DNA of 64,000 bases from Bacteroidales bacterium. Its GTDB lineage: Bacteria > Bacteroidota > Bacteroidia > Bacteroidales > UBA932. Below, one piece after another: positions 37,440-47,331 of the stretch. Under the pieces are notes generated by a model. That model worked only from the letters and a program-made list of their open reading frames with translations. It did not search any database and was not told where the DNA came from. How positions within the stretch are numbered: position 1 is the stretch's first letter; the number at the start of each line of letters is the position of its first letter. Both the position numbers and the translations under genes were made by a program. The stretch covers positions 360 to 64,359 of the forward strand of contig JAFYWC010000098.1 in the NCBI GenBank assembly GCA_017546585.1, read 5' to 3'.

Positions 37440-37525
37440 AAATATTATGCGGTTTATTAGTTATATTAGTGGGAATTACATAACTTTGTTAGATTAACAC
37501 TAGACTAATAAACTGTATAATATTT
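37440..37525 (+). promoter_or_regulatory. TAACTTTG promoter (37481-37488) enclosed by 22-bp inverted repeats
   Basis: AAATATTATGCGGTTTATTAGT (37440-37461) / ACTAATAAACTGTATAATATTT (37504-37525), 20/22 complementary; the right arm abuts the susC3 ATG. Confidence 0.75.
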
Positions 37526-40500
37526 ATGACGAGGCTTAAACTGTTTCTGACAGTATTGGCTCTGGCTATATCCGCAGCGGCATTCGCCCAGGATATCCAG
37601 GTCAGCGGTACTGTGAAGGATTCGTCTACAGGTGAACCGGTGCCTTTCGCTGCAATCCAGCTCAAGGGTACTATGGTTGGTGGAATGACCGATATCGACG
37701 GTATGTATTCCATCAGTGTGCCTGCAGATGGAATCCTTATTTTTTCTTCAGTCGGTTATAAGGATACAGAAGTGGCGGTCGCTGCAAAGGCGCTTCACGA
37801 TGTTCTCCTTCACCCTGACACTGAAATGCTCGAGGAAACCATCGTCGTTGCCTTCGGTACAGCCACAAAGGAGTCCTTCACCGGTTCCGCTACTGTAGTG
37901 AAGTCATCTGACATCCAGAAGACACAGTCATCAGATGTGACCCGTGCTCTCGAGGGAATGGTTGCCGGTGTGCAGATGACGACATCTTCAGGTTCGCTCG
38001 GAAGCTCACCTTCGATTATGATCCGAGGCGTCAGCTCCATCAATGCGGGTACCGCTCCTCTCTATGTGGTGGACGGTGTGCCTTACAGCGGAGATATGAA
38101 CAACCTGAACTCTGCGGATATCGAGTCGATGACCGTCCTCAAGGATGCGGCTTCCAATGCGCTCTACGGTGCACGTGGTGCCAACGGTGTCATTATGATC
38201 ACCACCAAGAAGGCGAAGCTCGGCGAGGCAAAGGTATCCATCGATGCGAAATGGGGTCTCAATACAAAGGCGCTCAAGAGCTATGATTATATCACCGATC
38301 CAGGTCAGTATTACGAGACTCACTACAATGCCCTCTACAACTACTACAGACTCGAGAAGGGAATGAATGCAGAGGAGGCTAACGTCCGTGCTGCAAAGAA
38401 CCTGACCGGTGCTGCCTCTGAGGGAGGTCTCGGATATCTCACATTCACTGTTCCTGACGGACAGAGCCTTATCGGAAGCAACGGAAAGCTCAATCCTTAT
38501 GCGACTCCGGGAAGACTCGTGAACTATATGGGTGAGAAGTTCTGGCTCCAGCCTGACAACTGGATGGACGAGACTTACAAGACTTCGCTCAGACAGGAGT
38601 ACAACGTGAACATCGCAGGAACTACCGGCAACGCACAGATCTTCGCTTCGTTCGGTTATCTGAACAACAATGCGATCGTGGACGGTTCGGATATGCAGCG
38701 TTACACTGCACGTATCAGAACTGACTACCAGGCGAAGGAGTGGCTGAAGATCGGTATGAATATGGGTTATACCAACTTCAACTGGAACAACGGTAACTCT
38801 GACGAGGGATCTGCAGGTTCTGTGGGCAATATCTTCGGTTTCGCGACTATGATCGCTCCGATCTATCCTGTATATCTCAGAAACGGCGACAAGTCCATCA
38901 AGTACGACCAGTACGGCAACAAGAGATACGACTTCGGAGACGGCAGCAACGCCGGTCTTTCACGTCCGATTTCGGGTAATGCCAATGCGCTCCAGACAGT
39001 CACTCTCGATACAAACAACAGCGAGGGTAATGCGGTGAACGGTACAGGTTACGTTGAGGTCAAGTTCCTCAAGGACTTTACGTTTACATTCAATGCCGGT
39101 GTGGGTGTGGATGAGACACGCAGCACCAGCATCAGCAATATGTACTACGGCCAGTTCGCTCCAAACGGCGGTATCATCAGCAAGAGCCACGGACGTTCGT
39201 TCTATCTGAACCTCCAGCAGCTTCTCAACTGGGACAGGACTTTCGCTGACTATCATCACGTTACAGTTCTCCTCGGCCACGAGTGGTACAAGTCTTCAGG
39301 CGTCAGCCTCGGCGCTTCTAAGAGCAAGATGTTCTCGCTTGCGAATACAGAGCTCGGCGGTGCGGTGATCGACGGCCAGTCGGCATCTTCAGGCCGCTCG
39401 GACTACAACAACGAGGGATACTTCCTCAGAGCGCAGTACGATTTCAGAAACAAGATCTTCGCCAGCGCTTCATTCCGTCGTGACGCGTCTTCACGCTTCC
39501 ATCCGGATCACCGCTGGGGTAACTTCTGGTCTGTCGGAGGAGGCTGGCTCCTCAACCAGGAGGACTGGTTCACTCTCCGTTGGGTGGATATGCTCAAGGT
39601 GAAGGCTTCCATCGGTTCACAGGGTAACGACAATATCGCCGACTATCTCTACACTGATATGTACTCGATCACCAACAGTGACGGCGAGATCGGTGTGAAG
39701 AGAGGTTCGATCGGTAACCCTGACATCACTTGGGAGACAAATACCAACTTCAACGCCGGCTTCGACTTCGACCTCTTCAGAGGACGTCTCTCAGGTTCGG
39801 TCGAATACTTCTACAGACTTACATCCGATATGCTCTACTTCGTGTCGATTCCTATCTCTTACGGATTCAGCGGATACTACGACAATATCGGTGATATGAG
39901 AAACTCGGGTATCGAGTTCGCGGTGAACGGTGCGGTGATGGACAGAAAGAACTTCCGTTGGGATGCTTATATGAACTTCACTCACTACACCAACAAGATC
40001 ATTATGCTTCCTGACACTCACAAGAACCGTGAGATCGACGGATACTTCGGATATGCTTCAGGCAACAAGTTCGTGGCTGAGGGCCTTCCTCTCAACACCT
40101 TCCTTATGCCGAAGTACGCCGGTGTAGACAAGACAAACGGTCTTCCTATGTGGTACAAGGAGATCTATGACGACAGCGGAAACTCCATCGGAACTACAAT
40201 GACCACAGAGTATTCTGAGGCTTCCGAGTATCTCTGCGACGATCCGACTCCGAAGCTTTACGGAGGATTCGGAACCTCGTTCAGCTTCCACGGTGTGGAC
40301 ATTTCTGCAAGCTTCACATATTCGCTGGGCGGTCTTACATACGACTCGGGATATGCCAATTATATGAATCCTCCGGGAGGATCTGTTGGATCGAACATCC
40401 ACAAGGATGCACTCAAGGCCTGGACTCCTGAGAACAAGGATTCGGACATTCCTCGTTTCGTATATCAGGACCAGAACATCAGCGCTTCTTCAGACCGTTT

Positions 40501-40738
40501 CCTCGTGCCTGCAAGCTATCTCAACTTCCAGAATGCACAGGTGGGATACACCATCCCTTCTTCTGTGACTTCGAAGATGAAGGTCGACAAGATCAGAGTA
40601 TATGCGGCTTGCGACAACATCTGGTACTGGTCATACCGTCACGGTCTTGACCCTCGAAGCAGTTTCTCTGGAGGTACAAACTACGCAAGCAACTCGCCGG
40701 TAAGAACCATCACAGGCGGTATCAATATCACATTCTAA
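37526..40738 (+). CDS. susC: SusC/RagA-family TonB-dependent transporter (3)
   Basis: LKDAASNALYGARGANGV; terminal GINITF. Confidence 0.95.
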   Translation: MTRLKLFLTVLALAISAAAFAQDIQVSGTVKDSSTGEPVPFAAIQLKGTMVGGMTDIDGMYSISVPADGILIFSSVGYKDTEVAVAAKALHDVLLHPDTEMLEETIVVAFGTATKESFTGSATVVKSSDIQKTQSSDVTRALEGMVAGVQMTTSSGSLGSSPSIMIRGVSSINAGTAPLYVVDGVPYSGDMNNLNSADIESMTVLKDAASNALYGARGANGVIMITTKKAKLGEAKVSIDAKWGLNTKALKSYDYITDPGQYYETHYNALYNYYRLEKGMNAEEANVRAAKNLTGAASEGGLGYLTFTVPDGQSLIGSNGKLNPYATPGRLVNYMGEKFWLQPDNWMDETYKTSLRQEYNVNIAGTTGNAQIFASFGYLNNNAIVDGSDMQRYTARIRTDYQAKEWLKIGMNMGYTNFNWNNGNSDEGSAGSVGNIFGFATMIAPIYPVYLRNGDKSIKYDQYGNKRYDFGDGSNAGLSRPISGNANALQTVTLDTNNSEGNAVNGTGYVEVKFLKDFTFTFNAGVGVDETRSTSISNMYYGQFAPNGGIISKSHGRSFYLNLQQLLNWDRTFADYHHVTVLLGHEWYKSSGVSLGASKSKMFSLANTELGGAVIDGQSASSGRSDYNNEGYFLRAQYDFRNKIFASASFRRDASSRFHPDHRWGNFWSVGGGWLLNQEDWFTLRWVDMLKVKASIGSQGNDNIADYLYTDMYSITNSDGEIGVKRGSIGNPDITWETNTNFNAGFDFDLFRGRLSGSVEYFYRLTSDMLYFVSIPISYGFSGYYDNIGDMRNSGIEFAVNGAVMDRKNFRWDAYMNFTHYTNKIIMLPDTHKNREIDGYFGYASGNKFVAEGLPLNTFLMPKYAGVDKTNGLPMWYKEIYDDSGNSIGTTMTTEYSEASEYLCDDPTPKLYGGFGTSFSFHGVDISASFTYSLGGLTYDSGYANYMNPPGGSVGSNIHKDALKAWTPENKDSDIPRFVYQDQNISASSDRFLVPASYLNFQNAQVGYTIPSSVTSKMKVDKIRVYAACDNIWYWSYRHGLDPRSSFSGGTNYASNSPVRTITGGINITF

Positions 40739-40756
40739 TCGAAGGAGACAGTTAAT

Positions 40757-42439
40757 ATGAAGAATACAATCATAAAAGTATCTGCAATTCTTGCTGCGGC
40801 TGTCCTTTCGGCGGCCTGTATACAGGAGACCGTGCCTGTCGGAGGAACAGTGACACAGGCACAGGTGTCGGCTTCGGATTTCGCCCTGCTGTCGATGATC
40901 AAGGCGATGCCGGCAAGTATGTCGACATCGGGCACAGGCGGCTACGCCGGCTCTTACGGTGACCACACCGACTTCGGTATTCCTGGCATACACCTCCGTA
41001 TGGAGCATATGCTTGAGGATATCGCTACAATGGCGGACAACCCTTATTACAACAGATTCTATGCATATGACCTGAATCAGGCACAGGGCCATCAGTATAC
41101 ATACTGCGCCTATTTCTGGGATATGTACTACACCTGGATCCGTCTTGCCAACGATGTGATCGCATCGATGATCCCTGCGATCGAGGACGGAGCGGACGAG
41201 TCTACAATGACTCAGCTCAAGAACAGCCTCGGCCAGGCATATGCCTACAGGGCTTGGTGCTATCTTGACCTTGCAAGACTGTACGAGCCTAAGGATAACG
41301 TTGAGGCTCCGGTTCCTTCAAACATCTATGAACTGACAGTTCCTATCGTGGATGAGAATACCACCATCGAGGACTGCAAGAAGAACCCTCGCGTGAAGCG
41401 CGATGTGATCTATCAGTTCATCCTTGACGACCTCAAGAGGGCGGAGGAGAATCTGGATCCTTCAGTGACTACATTCTCGCAGCCTACAATGATGATGGTG
41501 TACGGCCTTTATGCGCGTACATATCTCGAACTCGGCTACGAGAGAAACGGCTACAATAAGGAGATGTTCACCAAGGCTGCGGAGTATGCACGCAAAGTCA
41601 TCGACGAGAGCGGAAAGACTCCTCTCACACAGGAACAGTGGACAAACCCTACTACAGGATTCAACAGCGCATCTTCAAACAACGCTTGGATCTGGGGACT
41701 CGCACTCTCGCCAGAGAACCTGAACAACCTCCTTACTTATACATCGCATATGTCTTCGGAGGCAGCCTGGGGATATGCAAGCTATGCACAGTTCGGCGCA
41801 AGCCAGACTCTGTATGACGCCATCCCTGACAGCGACTTCAGAAAGCTTTCTTGGCTCGGTCCTGACAAGGACACTTGGACAAGCGGAAAGTACCGTTTCG
41901 CGGGCTCATCTTCGGACGTGTCGGCTTTTCTTAACGGCCAGGGCCGTCCGGCAGCAAAGCCTTACGTTGCGATCAAGTTCCGTCCTGCGCAGGGCGAATG
42001 CAACGACTTCAACGTCGGCAACGCAATCGACTACTGCCTTATGCGTGTGGAGGAGATGTTCTTCATCGAGATGGAGGCCCAGTATCATCTGAACCCTGCC
42101 AAGGGCGTGGAGATGCTCAAGGACTTTATGCATAAGTACCGCGACTCTTCATACAGCCGCATCAGCACCGGTGTCGATCTCGAGGGCTTCAAGAAGGAAC
42201 TTCTCCTTCAGAAGAGAATCGAGTTCTGGGGTGAGGGTATCCTGATGTTCGACTACAAGCGTCTTGACCAGCCTATCGACAGATCGGCTGCAAACCACGC
42301 CGGTGTGTTCAAACTCAGGACAAAGCGCCGCTCTCCTCAGTGGAACATCGTCATCACCCGCGCCGAGTTCCAGTCTAACACTGCGATCAACGAGAGTCTC
42401 AACAACCCTGATCCGTCAGACAAGATAGAGCTTCTTTAA
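40757..42439 (+). CDS. susD: SusD/RagB-family lipoprotein (3)
   Basis: Lipobox SAAC; LMRVEEMFFIEMEA and QKRIEFWGEG motifs. Confidence 0.92.
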   Translation: MKNTIIKVSAILAAAVLSAACIQETVPVGGTVTQAQVSASDFALLSMIKAMPASMSTSGTGGYAGSYGDHTDFGIPGIHLRMEHMLEDIATMADNPYYNRFYAYDLNQAQGHQYTYCAYFWDMYYTWIRLANDVIASMIPAIEDGADESTMTQLKNSLGQAYAYRAWCYLDLARLYEPKDNVEAPVPSNIYELTVPIVDENTTIEDCKKNPRVKRDVIYQFILDDLKRAEENLDPSVTTFSQPTMMMVYGLYARTYLELGYERNGYNKEMFTKAAEYARKVIDESGKTPLTQEQWTNPTTGFNSASSNNAWIWGLALSPENLNNLLTYTSHMSSEAAWGYASYAQFGASQTLYDAIPDSDFRKLSWLGPDKDTWTSGKYRFAGSSSDVSAFLNGQGRPAAKPYVAIKFRPAQGECNDFNVGNAIDYCLMRVEEMFFIEMEAQYHLNPAKGVEMLKDFMHKYRDSSYSRISTGVDLEGFKKELLLQKRIEFWGEGILMFDYKRLDQPIDRSAANHAGVFKLRTKRRSPQWNIVITRAEFQSNTAINESLNNPDPSDKIELL

Positions 42440-42451
42440 ACAGGTGAGATT

Positions 42452-44848
42452 ATGAAAAGGTATTTACTATATATTCTGACAGCGGTGCTGTCGATGATGG
42501 CTGCATCCTGCGCAAACGAGGAGATCTTTGCGCCGGGTGAGTTTGATGATGAGAACTGCTACGGGGTGTATTTCCCTGCGCAGAAAGGTCTCGGCGACCT
42601 TCAGATCGAGCCTGACGATCCTACTTCTCTGCAGGTGATCGTCCGCAGGACAAAGACAAGAGGCGAGATCCACGTGCCGGTGACCATCAAGGCGAATTAT
42701 CCGATCTTCACTGCAGATGAGATCGTGTTCGAGGACGGTGAGCCTGCTTCTGTGCTTACAGTGCGTTTCCCTTCTGCAAAGATCGCTACTACATACGAGT
42801 GTACCGTGTCGATCGAGGGTGACGAGTTCGTGTCGAAGTATTCTTCGAATCCTTCTCACGTGAGCTTCAGTGTGACACGCGTTAAGTGGAACAATGTCGT
42901 AGGTGCTGACGGTTCGACCACAGGTCTCTGGCGTGACGCCATCTTCGATGAGTGGTTCGCGGTTTCTGTGCCGAATCTCGAGCGCAGCATCGTGCTCCAG
43001 GAGCGTGACGATATGCCGGGATACTACAGGACTTTCGATGTGTACAATGCTGATTATCTGGGAACTATGTTCCAGGCAAATGTGTCGAGCCTTTGCGTTG
43101 AGCAGCATTATACTTATATCGACGCCACAAATCCTGAGAAGGTGTGGATCCCTACTTTCAAGACAGGTGTGATTATGCATCCTTCATATGGAATGATGAG
43201 CATCGCGTCTTATGTGGCTGAGAATTCAGATGATTTCGATCCTTCGATTCCTTCGGTATACGGTACTTTGAAGGATGGTGTCATCACATTCCCATACGGC
43301 TCGATTCAGATGAAGCTTGAGATGCTCGGATGGTATCAGGCCAATTCTTCGGGTCTTCTGCGTGTCATCCTGCCTGGCTACAGGGCGAAGGATTATGGCG
43401 TAGAACTTTCTGCAGGCGTATCTGATGAGGCGGGACAGCTTCCTTTGAGCGTCGATATGGCTATGGACATCGCATCTGTGAAGCTTGCCGCTTTCGAGGG
43501 CACGCTTGCAGAGTCGGTAGTGGCAGAAAAGGGTCAGCTTCTGGCTGACGGCGAAGATGTAGGCTCTATCGGTGAGGTGAAGGTGGTGAACAAGACCGGT
43601 TCGGTCGACTTCTCGTTCGAGAATACCGGTGTCTACACAGTCGTTGCAGCCGGCTTTGATATTTCAGGCAACTACAGGGCCTGCGAGTCTGTTTCGTTCG
43701 GCTACCTCAAGGCTGGCGACGACCGCAACCAGGTGATCCTTACAGCGGGTCTCATCTGCTCGGACAAGTATGCGGCTGAAGGACTTACATCGAAGAACTC
43801 ACTCGAGATCTATATTTCAGGAAAGAACATCCAGAGACTCCACGCAGGACTTTACGAGAAGTCTAAGTGGGAGGAGAATATGGAGTCGCTCAAGGCGGCG
43901 ATCACAGGCAGCCAGATGAACAGGGCAAGCCTTGATCTGGTGAACAGCACAGGTCTCTTCCTCAAGCAGGGTTATCTCGTGCCGGGTACAGAGTATGTGC
44001 TTGTTCTGAAGGCATACAACGGCTACCGTGAGGAGTTCTTCGTTTCCGAGGCCAAGACAGGCGGAGAGTGGGATCCTAGACTTGCCGAGTACGACCTCAA
44101 TGACGTGGATATGAATCTCATCCCATTGAACAAGGACGGCTATTGCGGTGAGTATCACTATTATGCAATGGAAGGCAATATGTACTCGAGGGAATATCTC
44201 GGCAATGTTACAGTGTCTACATCGTTCCCTGCCGACTATGTTCCTTCACTGCAGGGCTATGAGTTCGTGAACATCAAGGGCCTCTTCCCGATGGCGCGCA
44301 ACTTCGGTCTTGAGGATGACTCTTATTCGTTCATCTACTATGACAGCCTCCTCTACAATTTCGAGCAGGCCTTCGAGAGTTTCTACTCTGACGGTGCGCT
44401 CTTCTATCCGGCTGCGTATATGTATGCTGCAAGCGGATCGGCTTACGGCGGACGTATGGGTCTGATGGGAGCATTTGTAGGTGACGGATATCTTGCGATC
44501 ATTGACTCGGGTATGTATGCAAGCTATGGCGAGGTGATCGACGGATTTGCAGTCATTGCTTACCAGGATCCGAACCAGACTTCATATGCAGGTCTGATCG
44601 ATATGGTGACAGGAATGCTTCTCGTGAGACCAGACCTCGATCCGGATCCTATCGTAAGCGGCGGACAGAGTGAAGCTGCATATTCGGCAACTACGACATC
44701 TGCCCTTATGAGTCTGGATATGATCATCCAGCAGGGACCGGACAACTGGGTGGAAACATTCGACGGATTCGTTATGTCGTCTTTCGAGAAGGCGCGTAAG
44801 GAGGTGAAGGTGAAGAATCACCTTGATCTGGAGGCAATCTGCAAGTAA
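42452..44848 (+). CDS. Large SusC/D-associated lipoprotein of unknown function
   Basis: Lipobox AASC; beta-rich multi-domain protein; no catalytic motif recognised. Confidence 0.7.
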   Translation: MKRYLLYILTAVLSMMAASCANEEIFAPGEFDDENCYGVYFPAQKGLGDLQIEPDDPTSLQVIVRRTKTRGEIHVPVTIKANYPIFTADEIVFEDGEPASVLTVRFPSAKIATTYECTVSIEGDEFVSKYSSNPSHVSFSVTRVKWNNVVGADGSTTGLWRDAIFDEWFAVSVPNLERSIVLQERDDMPGYYRTFDVYNADYLGTMFQANVSSLCVEQHYTYIDATNPEKVWIPTFKTGVIMHPSYGMMSIASYVAENSDDFDPSIPSVYGTLKDGVITFPYGSIQMKLEMLGWYQANSSGLLRVILPGYRAKDYGVELSAGVSDEAGQLPLSVDMAMDIASVKLAAFEGTLAESVVAEKGQLLADGEDVGSIGEVKVVNKTGSVDFSFENTGVYTVVAAGFDISGNYRACESVSFGYLKAGDDRNQVILTAGLICSDKYAAEGLTSKNSLEIYISGKNIQRLHAGLYEKSKWEENMESLKAAITGSQMNRASLDLVNSTGLFLKQGYLVPGTEYVLVLKAYNGYREEFFVSEAKTGGEWDPRLAEYDLNDVDMNLIPLNKDGYCGEYHYYAMEGNMYSREYLGNVTVSTSFPADYVPSLQGYEFVNIKGLFPMARNFGLEDDSYSFIYYDSLLYNFEQAFESFYSDGALFYPAAYMYAASGSAYGGRMGLMGAFVGDGYLAIIDSGMYASYGEVIDGFAVIAYQDPNQTSYAGLIDMVTGMLLVRPDLDPDPIVSGGQSEAAYSATTTSALMSLDMIIQQGPDNWVETFDGFVMSSFEKARKEVKVKNHLDLEAICK

Positions 44849-44859
44849 TCTGAATTTAA

Positions 44860-46878
44860 ATGAAGAATCACAATATGATGAGAAGATATATTTCATTACT
44901 CATTCCGGCAGTGCTTTTTGCAGCAGGCTGCGCTGAGCTGGAGGCTCCGGGAACCGGAGCGCTCGAGCTTGAGCAGACTGTGCTTGCCACAAAGAGTGTA
45001 AATACTTCCGACAATGCAGACCAGGGTTCGCTTCTGCTCTTCCTTGATGAGGATGTGGCTCTGGCGCTCGCTCAGGGCGAGGGAAGCCCTGAGTGGGAGG
45101 CTGCCTGCGCTGAACTGGGAGTGGATTCTGTCGAGAAACTTTTCCCGAGGACTGATGACGAGATGTCCCGCAGTTATGGCCTTCACCGTTGGTTTATGGT
45201 GTCTTTCCCTCAGTCGAAGGGGCTGATCCGGGTTGCCGAGGGAATGGCTGAACTGAATCTCGTGAAGGGTGTGCAGTTCAACACCATATATGAAAGGGAT
45301 TTCGCAAGTGAGGCTCCGATAGCCTGGAAGCCTTTCCAGGGCAGAGGATACGGCGAGTTTGACCTTCCTTTCAACGATCCGATGCTTGTGGACCAGTGGC
45401 ATTATATCAATAACAAGGATATGAGTGTCGCTACGACTTCAAGAGAAGGTGCGGATATCAATGTGAAGAATGCCTGGGGGCTTACAGCGGGTGATCCTCG
45501 TATCATCGTGGCTGTCTGCGACGAGGGTGTGAAGTACACTCACCCTGACCTTGCTGCCAATATGTGGGTGAATGCCGGCGAGATTCCGGGCAACGGAATC
45601 GACGACGACGACAATGGATATGTAGACGATATCCACGGCTGGAACTTCCTCCACACAGAGAAGTATCCTAAGGAGATCAGCTGGAATGAGCCTGGTGACG
45701 TGAGCCACGGAACCCACGTTGCCGGTACTGTGGCAGCAGTGAACAACAACGGTATCGGAATCAGCGGAGTTGCCGGAGGTACCGGAAACGGTGACGGCTG
45801 CCGCATTATGTCTTGCCAGGTGTTCTCCGGTTCAAGTTCGGCTACAACAGGTGCTCGTGCAAGAGCATATCACTATGCGGCTCAGATGGGTGCTTCTGTT
45901 CTTCAGTGTTCTTACGGACAGGAGGGCGGATACATCACTTCCGACAATATGTTCGACAATACATATTCGGCTGAACTTGCTGCTTTGAGGTATTTCAGGG
46001 AATTCGGCAACTCTGTGAACGGTTCGCCTGTAGACAAGAACATCATCGTGTTCGCTGCCGGAAATGATGGTACACCTATGTCCGGTTATCCTGCAGCCCA
46101 CAAGGAGTTCATCTCTGTGACTGCTTTCGGCCCGGACTATCTTCCTGCAACATACACCAACTACGGTCCCGGCGCCAATATCGCGGCTCCTGGTGGAGAT
46201 GTTTCCATCAATATGTCCACTACTTCAGAGAGGGCACAGATTCTTTCTACTACAGCTGTAGAGGCTGAGAATTATGACTCCAACTACGGATGGATGCAGG
46301 GTACGTCGATGGCCTGCCCACACGTTTCAGGCGTGGTCGCTCTCGGACTTTCGTATGCATTGAAGATCGGAAAGACTTTCGATTATGATGATTTCATCGG
46401 CATTCTTTATTCTTCTGTGAACGATCTCGACTATTACATCGAGACTTCTTCGAAGACAGCCAACGGCGTCCAGTTCGATCTTACTCCTTATTGGAGACAG
46501 ATGGGAACAGGCGCTCTCGACACCTGGAAGTTCCTTATGAACCTTGAGGGAACGCCAAGTGTTACCGCAAAGATCGGGGAACTCTCGAAAGTGTCTCTCG
46601 TGCCTTGCTTCGGCGGTCCTGCAGCAAATCTCACTTATACTAAGATGGAGATCAGCGATGAGGCACGTCAGGAACTCGGAATCGAAGGGGAACCTTACAT
46701 CAACAACGGAAGACTCTTTGTGAAGTGTAGTAAGTACGGTTCTGCAAAGATCAGGATATATGCCATCGCAGGTGGCGACAAGGAGGCTACAGACGCAGTT
46801 ATGGGTGGAACAGAGTTCTCGAGAGAGGTGTCTCTCCTGGCTCGCGAGTCTGTTGCGGAAAATGGTGGATGGCTCTAA
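44860..46878 (+). CDS. S8 subtilase lipoprotein
   Basis: Lipobox AAGC; triad VCDEGV / HGTHVAG / GTSMACPHVSG; pro-domain LFP...GLHRWF shared with 29294. Confidence 0.92.
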   Translation: MKNHNMMRRYISLLIPAVLFAAGCAELEAPGTGALELEQTVLATKSVNTSDNADQGSLLLFLDEDVALALAQGEGSPEWEAACAELGVDSVEKLFPRTDDEMSRSYGLHRWFMVSFPQSKGLIRVAEGMAELNLVKGVQFNTIYERDFASEAPIAWKPFQGRGYGEFDLPFNDPMLVDQWHYINNKDMSVATTSREGADINVKNAWGLTAGDPRIIVAVCDEGVKYTHPDLAANMWVNAGEIPGNGIDDDDNGYVDDIHGWNFLHTEKYPKEISWNEPGDVSHGTHVAGTVAAVNNNGIGISGVAGGTGNGDGCRIMSCQVFSGSSSATTGARARAYHYAAQMGASVLQCSYGQEGGYITSDNMFDNTYSAELAALRYFREFGNSVNGSPVDKNIIVFAAGNDGTPMSGYPAAHKEFISVTAFGPDYLPATYTNYGPGANIAAPGGDVSINMSTTSERAQILSTTAVEAENYDSNYGWMQGTSMACPHVSGVVALGLSYALKIGKTFDYDDFIGILYSSVNDLDYYIETSSKTANGVQFDLTPYWRQMGTGALDTWKFLMNLEGTPSVTAKIGELSKVSLVPCFGGPAANLTYTKMEISDEARQELGIEGEPYINNGRLFVKCSKYGSAKIRIYAIAGGDKEATDAVMGGTEFSREVSLLARESVAENGGWL

Positions 46879-46890
46879 AAATCAGATGTT

Positions 46891-47331
46891 ATGAAGAATC
46901 TTTTTACAAGAATATTGATCGTTGCAATGGCCGCATTCACATTTGCGGCCTGCACAGATCCTGAATCGAAGATGCTTGACAAGGTAGTGGGAGAGTGGCA
47001 TTATGCTTCTTCGACTGAAGATGTGTACATTGCCTTCTCGGCAGACTATACCTTCGAGATGTACCAGAAGATGGGTGAGGGTCTTCTCCGCTATCGTTAC
47101 ACTGGTACATATGACTTTGACGGTACCACTCTTTCAGGAGTATATTCAGACTACACGCCTTGGGCAGATGACTACACAGTCACATCGTCACGCAATTCGC
47201 TTACGCTCACAGCCGTGTCGAATCCGGAGTATTCGATGACATACAACCGTGAGCAGATTCCAGAGGAAGTGAAGACTCACTTCGTGCCTATAACAAAGGG
47301 CCAGTCCGAAGGACCAGCCCCTGTTCTATAG
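46891..47331 (+). CDS. Lipocalin-like lipoprotein
   Basis: Lipobox FAAC; VVGEWHY...F..DYTF...YTGTY pattern. Confidence 0.65.
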   Translation: MKNLFTRILIVAMAAFTFAACTDPESKMLDKVVGEWHYASSTEDVYIAFSADYTFEMYQKMGEGLLRYRYTGTYDFDGTTLSGVYSDYTPWADDYTVTSSRNSLTLTAVSNPEYSMTYNREQIPEEVKTHFVPITKGQSEGPAPVL

